From: Scyliorhinus canicula
Taxonomy: Eukaryota
Assembly: GCF_902713615.1 (NCBI RefSeq)
Contig: NW_024056016.1
Span: 1-64,000 of the forward strand
DNA length: 64,000 nucleotides
Direction: 5' to 3'
The notes under the pieces were generated by a model. The model had not been told where the DNA came from, did no database searches, and was given only the letters and a program-made list of their open reading frames with translations. This document shows, in pieces, positions 59,361 through 64,000 of the stretch. The position numbers and the translations under genes were made by a program. Position 1 is the stretch's first letter. Each line of letters starts with the position of its first letter.

Positions 59361-60649
59361 GACGGGCATGGCCTGGTGCCATGTGGCCATCAATTAATTT
59401 CCTTTCCCCCAAGAGAAATCAAGGACTTGACACAGTGTGTTTGAGACAAAGCTGATTTATTTCACAAACAACAAGATATTAAACACTCGCCCAGCTCAGT
59501 TACAGGGAATCGAAATAAACCCCAATTGTCAGATTGAAGATGGTTCAGTTCTGGGTGTGATTATCAGTGGCAGTAACAGCAGAAATCAACACTTTTCAGA
59601 TGAACAGAGGGTAAATATAAATTAGTTTGACAGTTCAGGAATCATCAGTGGCATCTTATGATATGGAGAAATTAGCTCAACAATTCTATGAACTAAAATT
59701 TAGTCTGGCCTGGTGTCACCAAGCTGAAATCCAGTCTTTCTCTGACACATTATTCTTAATGACATAGCTGACAGGTTAAGAGTGAAAAAGTCAACTGTTT
59801 AGCAGTACGGGGAAGAGGCAGGTTTGTAGATGTTCTACAGTGTTACAAACGGGCTCGTTGGATCTTATTCTGTCCCATCTTACATTCAGCTGACAGTAAA
59901 ATGACTAAAATACTGCAACATACAGGCATTTGGGGACAATGGTGAGATTGCTGCTCAGATTAGTTAAAGTCTCCATATTGTAAAATAGATCTAGAAGGAC
60001 TGGAGAAGATGCAGGAAAAGATATTTGAATTATGCCTGGACTGGCAGGTTACATCCAGTAAGAAAGATTGGATAGGGCATAACATTTTCTCTTGAAAAGG
60101 GAATGAAGGATGACCTGATCCTGTAAGACTATGAACAGGTTTGATATGATAGACAAGTGGAAGATGTTTCCACTGAATAAGAATAAATATGAGTTAGTGA
60201 TTGATTAATCTAATGTGCAGTTCAGAGGGAGATCACTCACACACTTCACATGTGCAAAGGAATTTCCTCAGTTTTCCCACTGGTTAACACTCCAACTTTA
60301 AAAGCCCAGACAATTTGATCCAATTGCAGCACATTGTTATGGACGAGGGGCAGTTTAACTGTTCTGTCCAGGAAGACAAAAATCACTGTTCACCTGAACC
60401 TGCTCAGACCCCAACCCGTTAACAACTCACTGTCCGTGTTTGGTCTGTTGTCAATCACACCCAGGACAGACTCTGGTGGAAGGGCCTGTGCTCTTTAGTT
60501 GCTGTATTAATTTATTTAATACATTTGTTCCCTTGGTCCAACGGTACCAATTGTAATCGGTTGGCAAAAATAATTTCTATCAACGATATCTATTTCAATG
60601 GTGGAATTAGTACCCAACATGAATTGTGGCCGAGAATGTGCTCTATCCA

Positions 60650-61010
60650 CATTACAGAAGCTCCGCGCACATGCGCAGAGTCCGGCTGTGAATGGGGCAT
60701 GCACCGTTTGGGCTGTGTCCGGCGCATATGCAGTTCAGGTTGTCGCTGACGGTGCGAGGAGCGGGATAGAAACAATCGAGCAACTTTCAGGATTGGAGCC
60801 GGTGGGTGGCCAGGGAGCAATAGAAGCTGCGGAGTGAGCCGGGAGGCTTCATAAATACCCCGTGGAGGCTTCAACTCCTGAGTAAAATGTTAACGGTCCC
60901 GTCTTAAACAGCATCGAACAGCGTGAGAGCTGAGCGGTAACAGGCCCGGGTTACCGGCCGCCATCTTTACAGAGGACAAGGTGCCACAGGGCGCATGCGC
61001 TGTGAGCCTG
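60650..61010. promoter_or_regulatory. Second CpG-rich NRF1/YY1-type promoter
   Basis: GCACATGCGCA 60667-60677; CGGCCGCCATCTT 60955-60967; GCGCATGCGC 60991-61000; same motif order as 45600-46000. Confidence 0.7.
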
Positions 61011-61064
61011 GACCGGTTGCCAACTTTCCCAGATTGACTGACTGGAGTCTCCAGGATTTTATTT

Positions 61065-61700
61065 TAATCATTTGTGGGAGTCACTGGCTGGGCCAACATT
61101 TATTGCCCATCCCTAATTTCCCTTAAACCGAGTGGCTGGCTCGGCCATCTCGGAGGGCATTTAAAGAGTCAACCACATTGCTGTGGTTTGGAATCGTGTC
61201 GGTCAGACCAGGTAAGGATGGCAGATTTTCTTTTCTATTCATTCACGGGATGTGGGTGTCGCTGGCTGGGCCAGCATTCACTGCCCAGCTCTAATTGCCC
61301 TTGAACTGAGTGCATCTCAGAGAGCATTTTAAGAGTCAACAAGCTGACTGTGCATTTAGAGTCACATGTGCATAGAACACATAGTGCAGAAGGAGGCCAT
61401 TCGGCCCATCGAGTCTGCGCCAACCCATTTAAGCCCTCACTTCCACCCTATCCCCGTAACACAATAACCCCTCCGAACCGTTTTTGGTCACTAAGGGCAA
61501 TTTGGCATGGCCAATTTTTTATTCATTTTCATTTAATTTCATTTCATTTGAATCCACCTAACCTGCACGTCTTTGGCCTTTGGATATTGGCCAGACCAGG
61601 TAAGGATGGAAGATTTCCCTCACTGAAGGACATGAGTGAACCAGATGGGTCTTTGCAACAACCAACAATGGTTTCAGGGTCTTCAGTAGACTTTAAATTA
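61065..61700 (-). mobile_element. Second-family SINE pieces with an HE1 fragment inserted (61370-61580)
   Basis: AAGAGTCAACCACATTGCTGTGG…GGCCAGACCAGGTAAGGATGG…GTGAACCAGATGGG is the reverse complement of the family at 11423. Confidence 0.65.
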
Positions 61701-61979
61701 ATTCAAATTTAACCTTCTGTCTTGGTGAGATTCGTGTCTGGGAAATCATTAGGACAGTAAAGAAGATTTTAATGTAATTTTCTTTGAACATTTCTCTTCA
61801 GTGGATATAAAAATATTGAAGATGGGATAAAGGTTGATTGGCTGACAGTCAATCACTGTCCTGTAAGGTAATGAGTCACTTTGCTTCCCAATTGGCCGAG
61901 GAAGGCAGTGTGTCACAAGGATGGATGTGTTGGCCGATTAATGGCTGGAGGATGGGGGCAGGTCATGTGATCAAATCTC

Positions 61980-62270
61980 CAGGAATACATTTAATCAAAG
62001 TTGGCGAGGAGAGAATGTTGTGAATTTCTATCCTAAACTGACAGTGAGGTTTCTGTAAATTTACAGGATACTGGAAGAGGAGGTTTAACAGACGGGAAAC
62101 ACAAACCAAACATCACATCGCAATCTGACAGAGTCACTCGATTCATCAGAACCTGAATATCAGCAGCATCTGGGTGTGGAAGGTAAAAGGTTTGTCTGTT
62201 CTGTCTGTGAGGGAAGATTTCAGGTCTCAGTGTGACTGGAAAAGCCCCGAGATTCACAAACCCTGGTTAG
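61980..62270 (+). pseudogene. ZNF last-exon 5' remnant (unit E), truncated by a LINE fragment
   Basis: …TTTACAG|GATACTGG…CAAACCAAACATCACATC…FVCSVCEGRFQVSV* then CR1 sequence. Confidence 0.7.
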
Positions 62271-63230
62271 GCCAAACCTGGAGAACTGTGTTCAGTTCTT
62301 GGCAACAAACCTGAGGAAGGATAGAATGGCCTCGGAGGGAGTGTAGCACAGATTTACCTGAGTGATATCTGAACCCGCCGGGGTTAAATTACAAAACTAG
62401 ATTATACAAGAGAGTCAGCGATATGATGACACAGAGAATGGCATTCGGCCCATTGAATCCATGCTAGCTCACTGGGGCAATCCAGTAAGTCCCATTCTCC
62501 TGCTCTATCCCTGTATCCTCGCAGGTTTATTTCCCTCAAATGTCTATCCAATTTCCTTTTGAAATCAAATGATTCATGTATTTATTTTCAAACTCCCTCA
62601 TGGGCAGCAAGTATCACGTCATTGCCGCTCGCTGTGTAAAAACATATATCTCCTATCACCTCATATCTCCTGTACCTTTTACATACAAACTAGGAACAGG
62701 CCACTCGGCCCCTCGAACCTGCTCAGCATTCCTGCCTACCCATGATAACCTTTCACCCCCTTGCTCATGAAGAATCTATCCAGCTCTGCCTTAAAAATAT
62801 TGAAGGACTGCTTCCACTGCCTTTTAAGGACGTGATTTCCAAAGTCCTGCAACCCTCAAGAGAATGAAAAATCCTCATCTCCATCTGAAATGGGTGACTC
62901 CTTATTTTGCAACAGTGATGCCCTATTTGTCGATTCTCCAACAAGAGGAAACGTCCTCTCCACATCCACCCTGTCAAGACCCTTCAGGATCTGATATAGT
63001 TCAATCCAGGTTTTACCCAAAACTTTAAATCTGTGTCCCGACTGCTTGTATGATCAGTTAATGGAAACAGAGTTTCTTTGTCCACCTGATGGAAATCTGG
63101 CATAATCTTGTGGACCTGAATCAAATCTCCCCTCAACCTCCTTTGCTGGATCCATTCTGGTAAATCTCCTCTGCACCTACTCCGTGAACCTTCACATTCT
63201 TCCTGAAGAGTGGTGACCAGAGCTTTAGAA
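62270..63230. mobile_element. CR1-clade LINE fragments (+ 62270-62500, - 62680-63230)
   Basis: QRRLRGDLIQVHKIM…VDKETLFPL on the minus strand. Confidence 0.7.
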
Positions 63231-63234
63231 AGAT

Positions 63235-63570
63235 TCATAGAATAGAATTAGAACCATAGAATTCCGACAGTGCAGAAGGAGGCCATTCGGCCCATCAAGC
63301 CTGCACTGATTCTCTGAAAGGGCACCCTGCCTAGGCCCACACCCCTACCCTGTCCCTGTAACCCCATAGTTTCACCTAACCTGCACATCCCTGGACACTA
63401 AGGGCAATTTATCACAGGCAATCCACCTAACGTGCCCTTCTTTGGACTGTTGGAGGAGATCTGAGCACCGGGCGGAAACCCATGCAGACACTGGGAGAAA
63501 GTGCAAACTCCACAGAGACAGTCACCAAGACCGGATGTGAGGCAGCAGTGCTAATCACTGTGCCACCAGA
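63235..63570 (-). mobile_element. HE1-type SINE, long form
   Basis: (CATAGAAT)-type tail and V-domain in reverse complement. Confidence 0.85.
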
Positions 63571-63969
63571 AGCATAGTTTCAGTATCAGTATTTCTAATT
63601 ATGAAGCTCAAGATCAAATTTGCTTTGCCAACTACTCTCTTAATATGTCTTGTAAATAAACAAAGTCCCTCTTCACCTCTTTCTCTCTCCTCCCAAAGAG
63701 GCCAGTTGGGTTTTTATAACAATCCAGCCATTTCCATGGTCACTTTTTCCCAGAGCCGGCCCCACAAGTAACCAGATTAATTCAGCTGAATTGAAATCTG
63801 CCTTTGTGTTTCTGTGGGTTCTCTCTCACTCCCTATTTTCTGTTTTAAATCAGTTTCACAGGGTGTTCGAAGGGGAGGCTTCAAAGTCCAGAAACTCAAA
63901 CCAAGCATCACATCAGGATCTGACAGAGCCCTCAATTTATCATATCCGGAATATCATTGGATTTTGAAC

Positions 63970-64000
63970 ATGGAAGGAAAAAGCATCGTTCACAGTGGAG
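63970..64000 (+). CDS. Start of another C2H2 ZNF ORF (unit F; MEGKSIVHSG…), running out of the window
   Basis: Acceptor TTTCACAG at 63860-63861, homologous to those of units B, D and E; ends at HSG(E), a linker-like motif; no finger visible yet. Confidence 0.55.
   Translation, partial: MEGKSIVHSG

Overview
Vertebrate genomic DNA from a cartilaginous fish, most likely a shark; the species cannot be fixed from sequence alone. The identification rests on HE1-type V-SINEs, CR1-clade LINEs and cluster-type IgH organisation. The core is one complete, apparently intact, unrearranged IgM heavy-chain cluster on the + strand, spanning about 30 kb. Its parts are leader (13645), VH, D1, D2 and JH with 23 / 12-22 / 12-12 / 23 RSS, then CH1-CH4 plus secretory tail (33662-37335), TM1 (43226-43353) and TM2 (43491-43499). 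The 18.3-kb J-C intron is mostly tandem repeat. It holds a C-rich 38-bp array, a Penelope-derived inverted hairpin with hammerhead-like motifs, and a ~7-kb G-rich ~39-bp array rich in GAGCT/GGGG motifs. That G-rich array ends ~0.7 kb before CH1 and resembles a class-switch region in position and composition; it is the best candidate for something new. A third, 52-bp array separates the secretory exon from the membrane exons. Immediately 3' begins a C2H2 zinc-finger gene field. It contains a 10-finger ORF cut by a stop and a LINE, several remnants in head-to-head arrangement, two NRF1/YY1-type promoters, an intron-containing tRNA-Pro(CGG) copy, a MITE-like element and a Penelope fragment. There is one assembly gap (19407-19873). 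Most long ORFs in the supplied track are artefacts of repeats. All motif and repeat calls were made by eye, and repeat boundaries are approximate.
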